Below the pieces are notes generated by a model. It had not been told where the DNA came from. It made no database searches and saw only the letters and a program-made list of their open reading frames with translations. A DNA stretch of 64,000 bases, taken from an uncultured Anaerolineae bacterium (GTDB taxonomy: Bacteria; Chloroflexota; Anaerolineae; Aggregatilineales; UBA3940). The number at the start of each line of letters is the position of its first letter. The stretch's first letter is position 1. Both the position numbers and the translations under genes were made by a program. Shown in pieces: positions 44,692-53,299 of the stretch. The stretch lies in contig CAYTPI010000001.1 in the NCBI GenBank assembly GCA_964439625.1, positions 4,948 to 68,947 on the forward strand, given 5' to 3'.

Positions 44692-46115
44692 CAACTGATG
44701 AGTACCGCGGCTGACCGGGCAGGGATAGCCACCTGCCCGTCGCGGTTGACTTGGCTTTCACCCCATACAGCGCGAAACGTCTCCGTAGCGTCATCGAGTT
44801 GAACCAGCGCTTCTACCTGACCGGTATTGAATATCACGATGGCTGTCGTAGCGTTCAGTACTCGTTTGAACGCGAAAATCTTTTTTTCTGCTACTAGAAT
44901 GCGGAAATCACCCGTGCGTAGCACGGGGTATGTATGCCGCATCTGTGTCGCACGACGGTAGAAGTTGCGTAGGTCATGGGGCGGCTTGTCACCCCACGGG
45001 TATGATTCGCGGCTCGCTGGGTCTTTGCCGCCGCTTAAGCCCATTTCGCTCCCGTAGTAGATGCAGGGCGCGCCGGGCATCGTCATTTGGAAAAGAACAC
45101 ATAATTGCAAAGCGGTAACGTCGTCTTGGACAATATGCAGCATCCGCGCCGTATCATGGCTGTCTAGCAGGTTGAGCTGCGCTAGGTTGACCTCCCACGA
45201 GCGTCGAGCGTGCATATCATTAACGATCTTGGCGAAATGCCCCGCATCCAGTGGGTCAACGGGGAACTGAGATAACGCATAGCTTGGGCGGATAGTCTCT
45301 GCGCCAAAGAAACTAATGCTTGACCACGCAAAGATATAGTTCATGGTGGCGTCAAAGCGGTCACCTGTGAGCCATTCCTCCGCTACTGACCAAATTTCGC
45401 CCACGATGTAGGCCTCAGGGTTTAGGCCCTTAACTGCCTCGCGAAACTGCTCCCAAAAACCGGGCACTTCAATTTCAGCGGGGACGTCCAAGCGCCAGCC
45501 ATCAATGCCAAAGTTGATCCAGTAGCGCGCTACATCGAGGAAATATTGCTGCACGTCGGGGTTGCTAAAATTGAACTTTGGCAGGGCAGGAAGGTTCCAC
45601 CATGCTGCATAGTTGAAGGGGGCATCAGGGCCGCTGCTGTACGGACGCAAGGGCCAATCGTGGATGATGAACCAGTCGATATAAGGTGAATTACCACCTT
45701 CTTCTAATATATGATGAAACTGCCAAAAGCCGCGGCTGGCGTGGTTGAAGACGCCATCCAGCACGATGAACATCTCGCGAGCGTGTACCTCATCAATCAG
45801 GTGGCGCAGCGCTGTATTGCCCCCCAACAGCGGGTCTACTTGATAGTAGTCAAATGTGTGGTAGCGATGGTTAGCAGCACTGGCAAAGATCGGGTTGAGG
45901 TAGAGAGCCGTCACGCCTAAATTGTGAAGATAGTCCAGCTTCTCTGCGATGCCATACAAGTCGCCGCCATGGTATCCCTGCTCCGCTGGGTCACTGCCCC
46001 AAGCTTTAAAGGTTACACTAGGTGGATGTTGCAGCCTGTCAGAGCGGCGAAAGCGGTCGGGAAATATCTGGTAAAACACAGCGTGCTTGACCCAATCTGG
46101 CGTTTTAAACGACAT
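44688..46115 (-). CDS. GH13 alpha-amylase-family glycosidase (cyclomaltodextrinase/neopullulanase-like)
   Basis: GH13 conserved regions DGVFNH, GIDGWRLDVPAE, IVGEIW and LLDSHDTAR. Confidence 0.9.
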   Translation of the reverse strand: MSFKTPDWVKHAVFYQIFPDRFRRSDRLQHPPSVTFKAWGSDPAEQGYHGGDLYGIAEKLDYLHNLGVTALYLNPIFASAANHRYHTFDYYQVDPLLGGNTALRHLIDEVHAREMFIVLDGVFNHASRGFWQFHHILEEGGNSPYIDWFIIHDWPLRPYSSGPDAPFNYAAWWNLPALPKFNFSNPDVQQYFLDVARYWINFGIDGWRLDVPAEIEVPGFWEQFREAVKGLNPEAYIVGEIWSVAEEWLTGDRFDATMNYIFAWSSISFFGAETIRPSYALSQFPVDPLDAGHFAKIVNDMHARRSWEVNLAQLNLLDSHDTARMLHIVQDDVTALQLCVLFQMTMPGAPCIYYGSEMGLSGGKDPASRESYPWGDKPPHDLRNFYRRATQMRHTYPVLRTGDFRILVAEKKIFAFKRVLNATTAIVIFNTGQVEALVQLDDATETFRAVWGESQVNRDGQVAIPARSAAVLISC

Positions 46116-46159
46116 CCAGCCTCCCGTATGATGTTCAGATAATCGTCAAGATAGGGTAT

Positions 46160-46546
46160 TTAAAAGACGCGACCAAGGGCAATACCGAGCAGCAACCCTA
46201 CGATCCCTACCACAACCTGCCCAGTGATGTTACCTACAGCAAGCACAGGACTGTTCTGCAATAGTGTGTTGGAGTCAAAAATGAAGGTAGAGAACGTGGT
46301 GAATGCGCCCATGAAGCCTGTTAGAATGACAAATAAGGCCTCTTCCGAGAGTAGCCCGCGTTGATTCGTCAAGGCCCAAACTAGCCCGAACAAGAAACAA
46401 CCCAAGATGTTTATGCTGAACGTCCCCCAAGGGAACCCGCCAGTTGGGCTAACCGCACGCTGAACAAGTGTGCTTAGAAAATAGCGACTCAAGGTGCCAA
46501 ACCCACCTGCTAAGCCGACAAGCACAAGCAAAGAGAAGCGTGGCAC
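46160..46546 (-). CDS. crcB: fluoride ion channel CrcB/FluC
   Basis: 128 aa with four TM helices. GTLSRY, INILGCFLFG and GFMGAFTTFSTF motifs. The GTG start shares one base with the TAG of the upstream gene. Confidence 0.9.
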   Translation of the reverse strand: MPRFSLLVLVGLAGGFGTLSRYFLSTLVQRAVSPTGGFPWGTFSINILGCFLFGLVWALTNQRGLLSEEALFVILTGFMGAFTTFSTFIFDSNTLLQNSPVLAVGNITGQVVVGIVGLLLGIALGRVF

Positions 46547-49500
46547 TATTCGATCACGTCTAAACTGTAGACTGTGGCGCTACCATCTTCATAGGTAACG
46601 ATAAAGCCTCTGCCATTCGGGGCGAAATCGGCATCAGTGGCGGGCGGTCTGCGTCCGTTGGCGGAGAGCACAACGTATTCCGAAGTCTGATACTGCCAGA
46701 GAAAGCCGCTGCCGTTTGAACCTGCGCTAAGTAAGGTTGCTGAGCCCGGTCGGAACGATAAGGCGACCGGAATATCCAAATGGCCTTCTAGCGTTTCTAT
46801 TTGCTCTAACGTCGTCATGTCCCAGATGAAAATATCTGAGGTGGCAACCACCGACGACGCCAACCGTCTGCCATCACTGCTAAAGGTGACTGCTCCCACA
46901 CCCAATTCATGCCCGCGCAGCTTTCTGATAATGGTACCGCCAACTGTGTCCCACAGAGTTACGGAGTCATCCGATGAACCGGTAGCGAGCAGGCTATCAT
47001 CCGGCGACCATTCGATTGCACTAAAGACATCACGGTGACCATCCTCAAGTAGGATGCTGGGGTTTAGGGTCTCATCTGGTGCTTCTAGTCCGGCTCGTGG
47101 CTCAATATCCCAAATAGCAGCATCTCCATCAATTGCGCCTGCCGCTATCAATATGCCACTATTCGAGAAAGTAACCTCTGTCACAGCTTCGCCCAAGCCA
47201 GTTAATGTTGTGACAACTTCACCTGCTTCAATACTCCAAACCACAATCGTGCCGTTCGCAAGTGCTGCCGCAATTAACCGACCATCTGGGCTAAAGGCGA
47301 CATCTTCTAATGAACCAAGTAATGGCCCTTGCGTTTGAAGTATTGATGTTCCAGCAGTTTCTGCATCTGGTGCAACGCTGTACTGGATGATGCGGTTGTT
47401 GGGCAACCCCAGTGATACGAAACGATTATTTGGTGAATAATGGGCTGCCAAAGGGTCTTCTGGCCCCTCAAGCTCGAAGAGAAGACCGGGTTCGAGTGAT
47501 CCAGGACCGATGCTCACCAAACTAGTCGGTGGTGTTATTTGAAGCGCCTGGAAACTGTAGCCAAAAACATCTGCTTCTGAGGTAAACAGTAGTGTGCGTC
47601 CATCTGGCTGCCAGCGTATTGTATCGATTGGCTCAACAGTGGGGTCAACAGCGCCAACGGGTTCAAAGGTTTCACCACTCCATAGGGCTATGGTGCCATC
47701 ACCGAAGGCAGCAGCCAACAGACCTGTCGTTGAAAAGTCAACGTCAACCACGGCCTCTGGTGGGAGGTTGCCATCGTCAGAACCACCACTGTCTATGGCA
47801 ATGTTTGGCTCAGTGAATAATGTCCGTACTGAGCCTGTATCAATGTTGACGACTTGGATTGTCCCTTCGACCGTGCCGTATGATACCTGCGTGCCCCTTG
47901 GGCGTGTGCCACTGATAGCAATACTAGTGATATCCAATGGTACTTCCACCACGCGGATCAGACCGTTGGGCGTTAACGGTTGACCACCATCCCCGGTCTC
48001 AGGAACAACTTCGTAAACGCCCAGTAAGCTAACGTCTGCATCTGGGCTTTCGCTGATCAAGAAGTAGCGTTCACTATCCCCCCCCCAGCCTGCCAATTCA
48101 ATGGGTGTGCCGGTCGGGTTAAACCGCTGGACAATCCGATTACGAGAGAGGTCTTCTGCATCCCAAATAATGATGGTGCCGTCTTCACTGCCGGAGAATA
48201 AATAGTCGCCGTTTGGGCTAAATTGCAGCGCTGTCACTGGGGCATTGTGGGCCGTGAGGCGTGCTATGGCTTCGGTTGTGCCAGCGTCCCATACCACCAA
48301 ATCGACGCCGTCATTGGAGACTAAAAGGTCTTCGTTGACGGGCGATAGTGCTACTTGTTCGGCGCCTAATTCATTGAAGATAAACGGTGCGCCGCCTTCC
48401 TCAAACACGTAAACCCCGCGGCGTGAGGCCAGCGCGACCCGCCCAGTGTTGGTGTTTGAAATAGCGTTGATCGCGGCTGGGTTTTCCTCAACATCACTGA
48501 GGGATGCACGCAGTTCTGGTTCAAACTCTAATAATGGCAGGTTAGTCGTCGCCTGCTCTGGCCCGGCAGTTGGGGTGACGGTCGGTGTTGGCTCGAGTGT
48601 GTCTACTGGCTGCACAATCTCGATGGTTGGGTTTGCCTCAGCCGGCTCAGGTGTTTCGCCTGTTTCCGCGGTGGGTTCTGTTTCAAGGATAGTCTCTGCT
48701 ACCGTCATAAATGGCAGAGCTGCAATCGGTGCTGGAGTCGGCACCAACCCGTTGATCATCAGGAAGAAGCCGCCGACAATAACCGCAAGTAGTATAATGC
48801 TGGTGGTCACCAAGGCGGCACGTAAACACCCCGAACGTCGCTTCGTCTCTGAGGGTGTTGTTGCCTTAGACTGCGGCTCATCATCAAAGTCAAAACTGAG
48901 ATTGGGCTGTGCCGCGTCGGTGACGACTGGTGTCTCAAACCCTGGGATTAGTTCTTGGTTACCGGTCGCAAAACTCTTGACCACGCGCTCATCACTGAGT
49001 TTTCTCGGTGCTTTCGGAGCTGGGAAAGAGTCTGTTGCTGGTTCGAGGGTCGGCAGTTTGCCTGTGTCAGGTTCCGCCGTTGGGAGAGGCTGGGTTGGCT
49101 CAGCAGGTTTGCCTGGTGAACGAGTATCCAGCACGATTGTCTGATCATCCCATTCGAGCCAATCTGACTCTGGCAGTGGCGTCTGCTTGAACGGGCTTTC
49201 CAGCGTCTGGGTAATTGGGTCATCTTCCAGTTTCAAGAACGAGAAGCTACTCTGCTTCTTTGATGTGGCTTTATCATCATCTGACTCGGTCTCTTCCGCT
49301 GAGTTTGGCTCAGCTACCTCAGCCTGATCGGCAATAATTTCCTCAACACCCGTATCAAAAATATCGTCGATGCCAGTCGGTGTATTATGCAGAAAATCCG
49401 GGCGGCTCATCGGCGGGGGTGTTGGCTGACGTTCTGTTGCGAAAGGCAGTACTGGTGTGCCGAATGGTGGCGTGGGTGGTTCATTTGTGGCGTTCCGCAG

Positions 49501-49818
49501 CGTATTTGGGTCGAGTGCGCCCGTCCCCCGTAATGCCGCTTTATGCAGTTCTAATTGATCCGTGGCCCAACGGACAACAGCAAGGTCGCCGCTGAACTTG
49601 AGAACCCGATAGAGACAGTCTATTGCTTGTTGGTGCGTCTCCACGACCTCCGACATGACAGCCCATGCTTGGGGATCGTTGGGGTCTTCTTTCAGGGTAC
49701 GCGCCAAAATAACGCGGGCTTGCTCTGTCTCACCTGAGCGTGCCAGGCGAAACGCAATCCGCATTTCTTCTTTTTTGGAGAAACCACTTTGTTCAGTCAC
49801 AGTAGAAAATGGTAGCAC
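46546..49818 (-). CDS. TPR - disordered linker - TM - WD40 beta-propeller protein (1090 aa)
   Basis: N-terminal TPR-like helices (DPNDPQAWAVMSEV). TM ALVTTSIILLAVIVGGFFLMI. C-terminal approximately 650 aa with many WD-like units (SPNGDYLFSGSEDGTIIIWD, SPDGRLIAAALANGTIVVWS, SPDDSLLATGSSDDSVTLWD). No P-loop seen. Confidence 0.85.
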   Translation of the reverse strand: MLPFSTVTEQSGFSKKEEMRIAFRLARSGETEQARVILARTLKEDPNDPQAWAVMSEVVETHQQAIDCLYRVLKFSGDLAVVRWATDQLELHKAALRGTGALDPNTLRNATNEPPTPPFGTPVLPFATERQPTPPPMSRPDFLHNTPTGIDDIFDTGVEEIIADQAEVAEPNSAEETESDDDKATSKKQSSFSFLKLEDDPITQTLESPFKQTPLPESDWLEWDDQTIVLDTRSPGKPAEPTQPLPTAEPDTGKLPTLEPATDSFPAPKAPRKLSDERVVKSFATGNQELIPGFETPVVTDAAQPNLSFDFDDEPQSKATTPSETKRRSGCLRAALVTTSIILLAVIVGGFFLMINGLVPTPAPIAALPFMTVAETILETEPTAETGETPEPAEANPTIEIVQPVDTLEPTPTVTPTAGPEQATTNLPLLEFEPELRASLSDVEENPAAINAISNTNTGRVALASRRGVYVFEEGGAPFIFNELGAEQVALSPVNEDLLVSNDGVDLVVWDAGTTEAIARLTAHNAPVTALQFSPNGDYLFSGSEDGTIIIWDAEDLSRNRIVQRFNPTGTPIELAGWGGDSERYFLISESPDADVSLLGVYEVVPETGDGGQPLTPNGLIRVVEVPLDITSIAISGTRPRGTQVSYGTVEGTIQVVNIDTGSVRTLFTEPNIAIDSGGSDDGNLPPEAVVDVDFSTTGLLAAAFGDGTIALWSGETFEPVGAVDPTVEPIDTIRWQPDGRTLLFTSEADVFGYSFQALQITPPTSLVSIGPGSLEPGLLFELEGPEDPLAAHYSPNNRFVSLGLPNNRIIQYSVAPDAETAGTSILQTQGPLLGSLEDVAFSPDGRLIAAALANGTIVVWSIEAGEVVTTLTGLGEAVTEVTFSNSGILIAAGAIDGDAAIWDIEPRAGLEAPDETLNPSILLEDGHRDVFSAIEWSPDDSLLATGSSDDSVTLWDTVGGTIIRKLRGHELGVGAVTFSSDGRRLASSVVATSDIFIWDMTTLEQIETLEGHLDIPVALSFRPGSATLLSAGSNGSGFLWQYQTSEYVVLSANGRRPPATDADFAPNGRGFIVTYEDGSATVYSLDVIE

Positions 49819-49873
49819 ACGCGTTAGTGATAGGCAATGGCTCAGTTGGTAAACTTGTCCTGCTTTTCGAAAT

Positions 49874-50764
49874 TTGCTGCTTAAGGAGTGCCCGTCATTG
49901 AAGCATGCCTACATTGTATCTACAGATAACTTACCGCACCCTGTACCTGAAACTAACTTGTTAGTTACCGAGTTGAAGGCGCTCGAAGTAACAGGGGAAA
50001 TTGTCTCTTGGCAGGCACAAGATGTTGATTGGACTGCAACCGATATGGTGTTGGTTCGCACGCCATGGGACTACATCTACAAGCTAGAGGCCTTCCTCGC
50101 TTGGTTGGATACTACAGCGGAGGCGGCTCCAGTCTATAATGCGCCTGACATCATCAAGTGGAATATCCACAAACACTATCTTGTCGACCTGCTGCAAAGG
50201 GGTGTTGATGTGATTCCGACACAGTATGTCTCTCAAGGGCAGCATGTGCATCTGGCTGACCTTGATTTACTGCGCGATGCGCCCGGATTAGTAATCAAAC
50301 CGGCTGTCTCTGTTGGTGCGATTGGAACGGGTTATTTCAAAACTGTAAGTGATGCTGCCCAAGCCCACCTTGATAGTCTTCTTCAGAAAGACGATGCACT
50401 TATACAGCCGTTTGTGCCTGCGATCCAAACTCGAGGCGAAACATCGTTAGTTTACTTTGCTGGAGTCTTTTCTCACGGGGTGATCAAGGTACCTGCCGTC
50501 GGAGATTACCGGATTCACAAAGAGTATGGTGGCACCTATACACCATACGAACCAACAAACGCAGAGAAAGCACTGGCTGAACAATCACTCGCTGCGGTTG
50601 GCGAGGCATTATCTTACGCACGCATCGATATGGTGTTGACTGATACCGGCCCGCTGTTGATGGAGATGGAACTCATTGAACCTGAACTTTATTTTCCCTA
50701 CGCGGATGGTTCGGCGCAGCGGTTTGCACAGGTGATTGCGGAAATAATTAATGCAGCAGGTTGA
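49874..50764 (+). CDS. ATP-grasp fold protein (RimK/GshB-like)
   Basis: VLVRTPWDY, WNIHKHYLVDL, GLVIKPAVSVGA and ARIDMVLTDTGPLLMEMELIEPEL fit a pre-ATP-grasp plus ATP-grasp layout. The start may be TTG 49898, 9 nt after AAGGAG. Confidence 0.65.
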   Translation: MLLKECPSLKHAYIVSTDNLPHPVPETNLLVTELKALEVTGEIVSWQAQDVDWTATDMVLVRTPWDYIYKLEAFLAWLDTTAEAAPVYNAPDIIKWNIHKHYLVDLLQRGVDVIPTQYVSQGQHVHLADLDLLRDAPGLVIKPAVSVGAIGTGYFKTVSDAAQAHLDSLLQKDDALIQPFVPAIQTRGETSLVYFAGVFSHGVIKVPAVGDYRIHKEYGGTYTPYEPTNAEKALAEQSLAAVGEALSYARIDMVLTDTGPLLMEMELIEPELYFPYADGSAQRFAQVIAEIINAAG

Positions 50765-51596
50765 TTTTGACCATGCAGGACTGAACGATCTGCCTTTGAC
50801 GCAGATTCCACCCACCACCCAAATTCTCACAGCGCGAGGGAACCAGCTACGGGATTTCCCCTCTGACTTATGGATGCACTGCTCTGAGCTGCAAATTCTT
50901 TCGCTCGGGAACAATCAATTTACATCGCTTGATTTACCGGTTGGCCTACAGCTCACCCATTTGTATGTGGACGGCAACCCTCTTACCCGATTGCCCGAAA
51001 CAATCGGAACATACGAGGCGCTTCAAGTATTAGATGTCGCTCATTGTCTTTTAGAGCGTTTGCCGGGTGCACTCGCAAACCTATCTCAATTAGAATTCTT
51101 CTATGCCGGAAATAATCCGCTTGAGCATTGTCCCTCTTGGATCGGGCAGCTATCTGCGTTGGTATACCTCAATCTGGCGGATAGTAACTTGGCTAAATTG
51201 CCCACGACGTTAGGGCACTTGGTGAACTTAGTTGAAGTGCGCCTTTACAATAATCAATTACGGTTCCTACCGGACATATTCAGCACAATGATGGCCCTTC
51301 GTGAGGTGCACCTCAGAGATAATCAACTTGAAGCGTTACCGAAATCACTTGTTTCTCTACCAGAGCTACGCCTGCTTGATCTGCGAAACAACAAGCTGAA
51401 GCGCATCCCAGAGGCAATAGGGGGCGCTCAACGACTGCACACGCTTGACCTGCGCGGCAATCAACTGGAGGGACTGCCCGCCCCGCTGCTTGATTTACCT
51501 CAGCTTGAAAAGCTCGATTTGCGTTGGAATGGTTTTTTTGAGCTCACACCAATACTGCATCAATTACGGAAGCGTGGTGTGCTCATCTATATTTGA
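50751..51596 (+). CDS. leucine-rich repeat (LRR) protein
   Basis: About ten 23-residue units LxxLxLxxNxLxxLPxxI (e.g. LRLLDLRNNKLKRIPEAIGGAQ, LHTLDLRGNQLEGLPAPLLDLPQ). The start overlaps the ATP-grasp gene by 14 nt. Confidence 0.9.
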   Translation: MQQVDFDHAGLNDLPLTQIPPTTQILTARGNQLRDFPSDLWMHCSELQILSLGNNQFTSLDLPVGLQLTHLYVDGNPLTRLPETIGTYEALQVLDVAHCLLERLPGALANLSQLEFFYAGNNPLEHCPSWIGQLSALVYLNLADSNLAKLPTTLGHLVNLVEVRLYNNQLRFLPDIFSTMMALREVHLRDNQLEALPKSLVSLPELRLLDLRNNKLKRIPEAIGGAQRLHTLDLRGNQLEGLPAPLLDLPQLEKLDLRWNGFFELTPILHQLRKRGVLIYI

Positions 51597-51816
51597 CGTG
51601 CGTTCGCTTGTAAGAACGTCAACTAAGGGAACTATTTCCTAGTCTTGCCCTAACCCGTTGTTATCCCGACCTGACGTTACATTTAGACATTATTGTTACG
51701 CTAACGTTAGCCTGATGTAACCGCAATTACCTCTTTTGACCATTTAGAATATCCCACTTTAAAGTACCCTCTGTTCGGATATTCAAACGCATGCCGTATT
51801 ATATGGGAGTAGTAGT

Positions 51817-52149
51817 ATGCTTGTAAGCATATTTAACCGAGGGTCAGTTCAGGTTTTATCACTGAATGGGCCTGCTGACATCACCGAAACATCTATGGTA
51901 GATTGGTGGTTTCGGCATGCCAATGCGGAGACGGTGGTGATCGACATGCGGGGCGTCACTTTTATCGACTGTGCAATACTGGGCGTGTTTGCGCGCTGGC
52001 ACCATTCACTGAAGGAACCTGACGGTGCCATTGTATTTTGTGGCGCCCGGCGCAGCTTACGCACGGTTTTCTCGATTACGAACTTTGACCAGGCCTTTGA
52101 CTTTACAGATACCTTCGAAGAAGCCTATGATCTGCTCGTCAAGCATTAA
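51817..52149 (+). CDS. STAS-domain protein (anti-sigma-factor antagonist-like)
   Basis: 110 aa. VVIDMRGVTFIDCAILGVF fits the STAS/SpoIIAA core. GGGAG SD upstream. Confidence 0.6.
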   Translation: MLVSIFNRGSVQVLSLNGPADITETSMVDWWFRHANAETVVIDMRGVTFIDCAILGVFARWHHSLKEPDGAIVFCGARRSLRTVFSITNFDQAFDFTDTFEEAYDLLVKH

Positions 52150-52245
52150 GAAACAACAGCTAGGTGCAAACCCCCTAATTCTTGATGTGTTCTTCTGAGC
52201 GGATTATCCTTAATATCTAACTAAAAGTTAAGGATAATTAAATCA

Positions 52246-53109
52246 ATGCCCAATTCAACCCGTCTATTCGATGACCGTGAGCAGGTTGCTCGGCGTCTCC
52301 AAACGCAGAGTGGTCTGCATCGGGTGAAGCCGCAGGAGCGCGGAGCCGATCTGCACATGCTCGAAGCGAATATGCGGCGAAGTCTGGGCCGGCTGCCATT
52401 CCTGCTGCTGTTCCCAATAGGTTACGCCATCCTCGCGACGACGATGCCCAACTGGGTTGCCGGGGGAGCTGCCTTCTTGTGTGCGCCTCTTGCTGCTCTG
52501 ACTGCGCTGGCCTTCGGGGTTATCGCCTTCCGAGATTGGTCGAAATGGCGTGAAGCTGCTTCTGATGAAGCCTACGAGGAGTGGGAACTTCAGGGGGATA
52601 CGCTAATTTACAATCGTGGAACTGAGGTTGTAATTGAAATTGACCTAGATGATGTGGAACGTGTCTTCAATTACAACAAATATTTGCATGTACAAAGCAG
52701 ATACAGCCAGATCAGTATTCCACATGTGATGTATGGTTACTCAGTCATGCGGGATAAACTAGAGCAGTGGTTTGAAATTACCTATGCAAAGCCAGTGCCG
52801 CTGCGCCCAATGGGCGAAGAATCGCTGGCGAGCATTTTAAGCTCGGTGTTTATCTTCCTTGCGCTGGTGAACCTGCTCTTGATCCATACAATGCCGTGGG
52901 CGCTGCTTGCCAGCTTGTTTGTCTCGGTTGGGCTGGGTATGGCAATGCTTGCCCACAAAGAAGCGCGTGACGTCAAGCGCAAGCGCAAGGCCGGATCAAC
53001 GTGGCGCAACAAACGCCAGCGTCAGTTTCATCGCTTTGATGTTATTTGGTTGATATTGACTGCCGCTAAATTGGTACTCGTCGCGGGTGGGTTTATCTCG
53101 ATTACCTGA
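52246..53109 (+). CDS. hypothetical membrane protein (2 + 2 + 1 TM helices around a soluble insert)
   Basis: Hydrophobic helices at about residues 50-105, 195-235 and 265-285. Basic KRKRK stretch. No motif recognised. Confidence 0.55.
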   Translation: MPNSTRLFDDREQVARRLQTQSGLHRVKPQERGADLHMLEANMRRSLGRLPFLLLFPIGYAILATTMPNWVAGGAAFLCAPLAALTALAFGVIAFRDWSKWREAASDEAYEEWELQGDTLIYNRGTEVVIEIDLDDVERVFNYNKYLHVQSRYSQISIPHVMYGYSVMRDKLEQWFEITYAKPVPLRPMGEESLASILSSVFIFLALVNLLLIHTMPWALLASLFVSVGLGMAMLAHKEARDVKRKRKAGSTWRNKRQRQFHRFDVIWLILTAAKLVLVAGGFISIT

Positions 53110-53299
53110 GAGGCCAACGTAGGTTCGGTAACAACGGGGCTCTAGCCACATGCTAGCGTCTTTTTGTTTATTGATTGCTCGACTCGGTCGGTAGGAAAGA
53201 TCGCTCTGGTGTTTGGTGGGGTATTGCGCTAGGCTTGTGCCCTAGAATTTGACTGTGTACAGTTACGCAGGTAGACGCGAGCACAAACCGGAAACACCC

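Noticed and set aside
46547-46620. Fluoride riboswitch upstream of crcB
   Set aside because: The region is coding (3' end of the WD40 gene) and crcB overlaps its stop. No leader exists to hold the riboswitch fold.
48446-49144. 232-aa + strand ORF inside the WD40 gene
   Set aside because: Ser/Gly/Val-rich shadow frame. The - strand frame carries TM and WD-like repeats.
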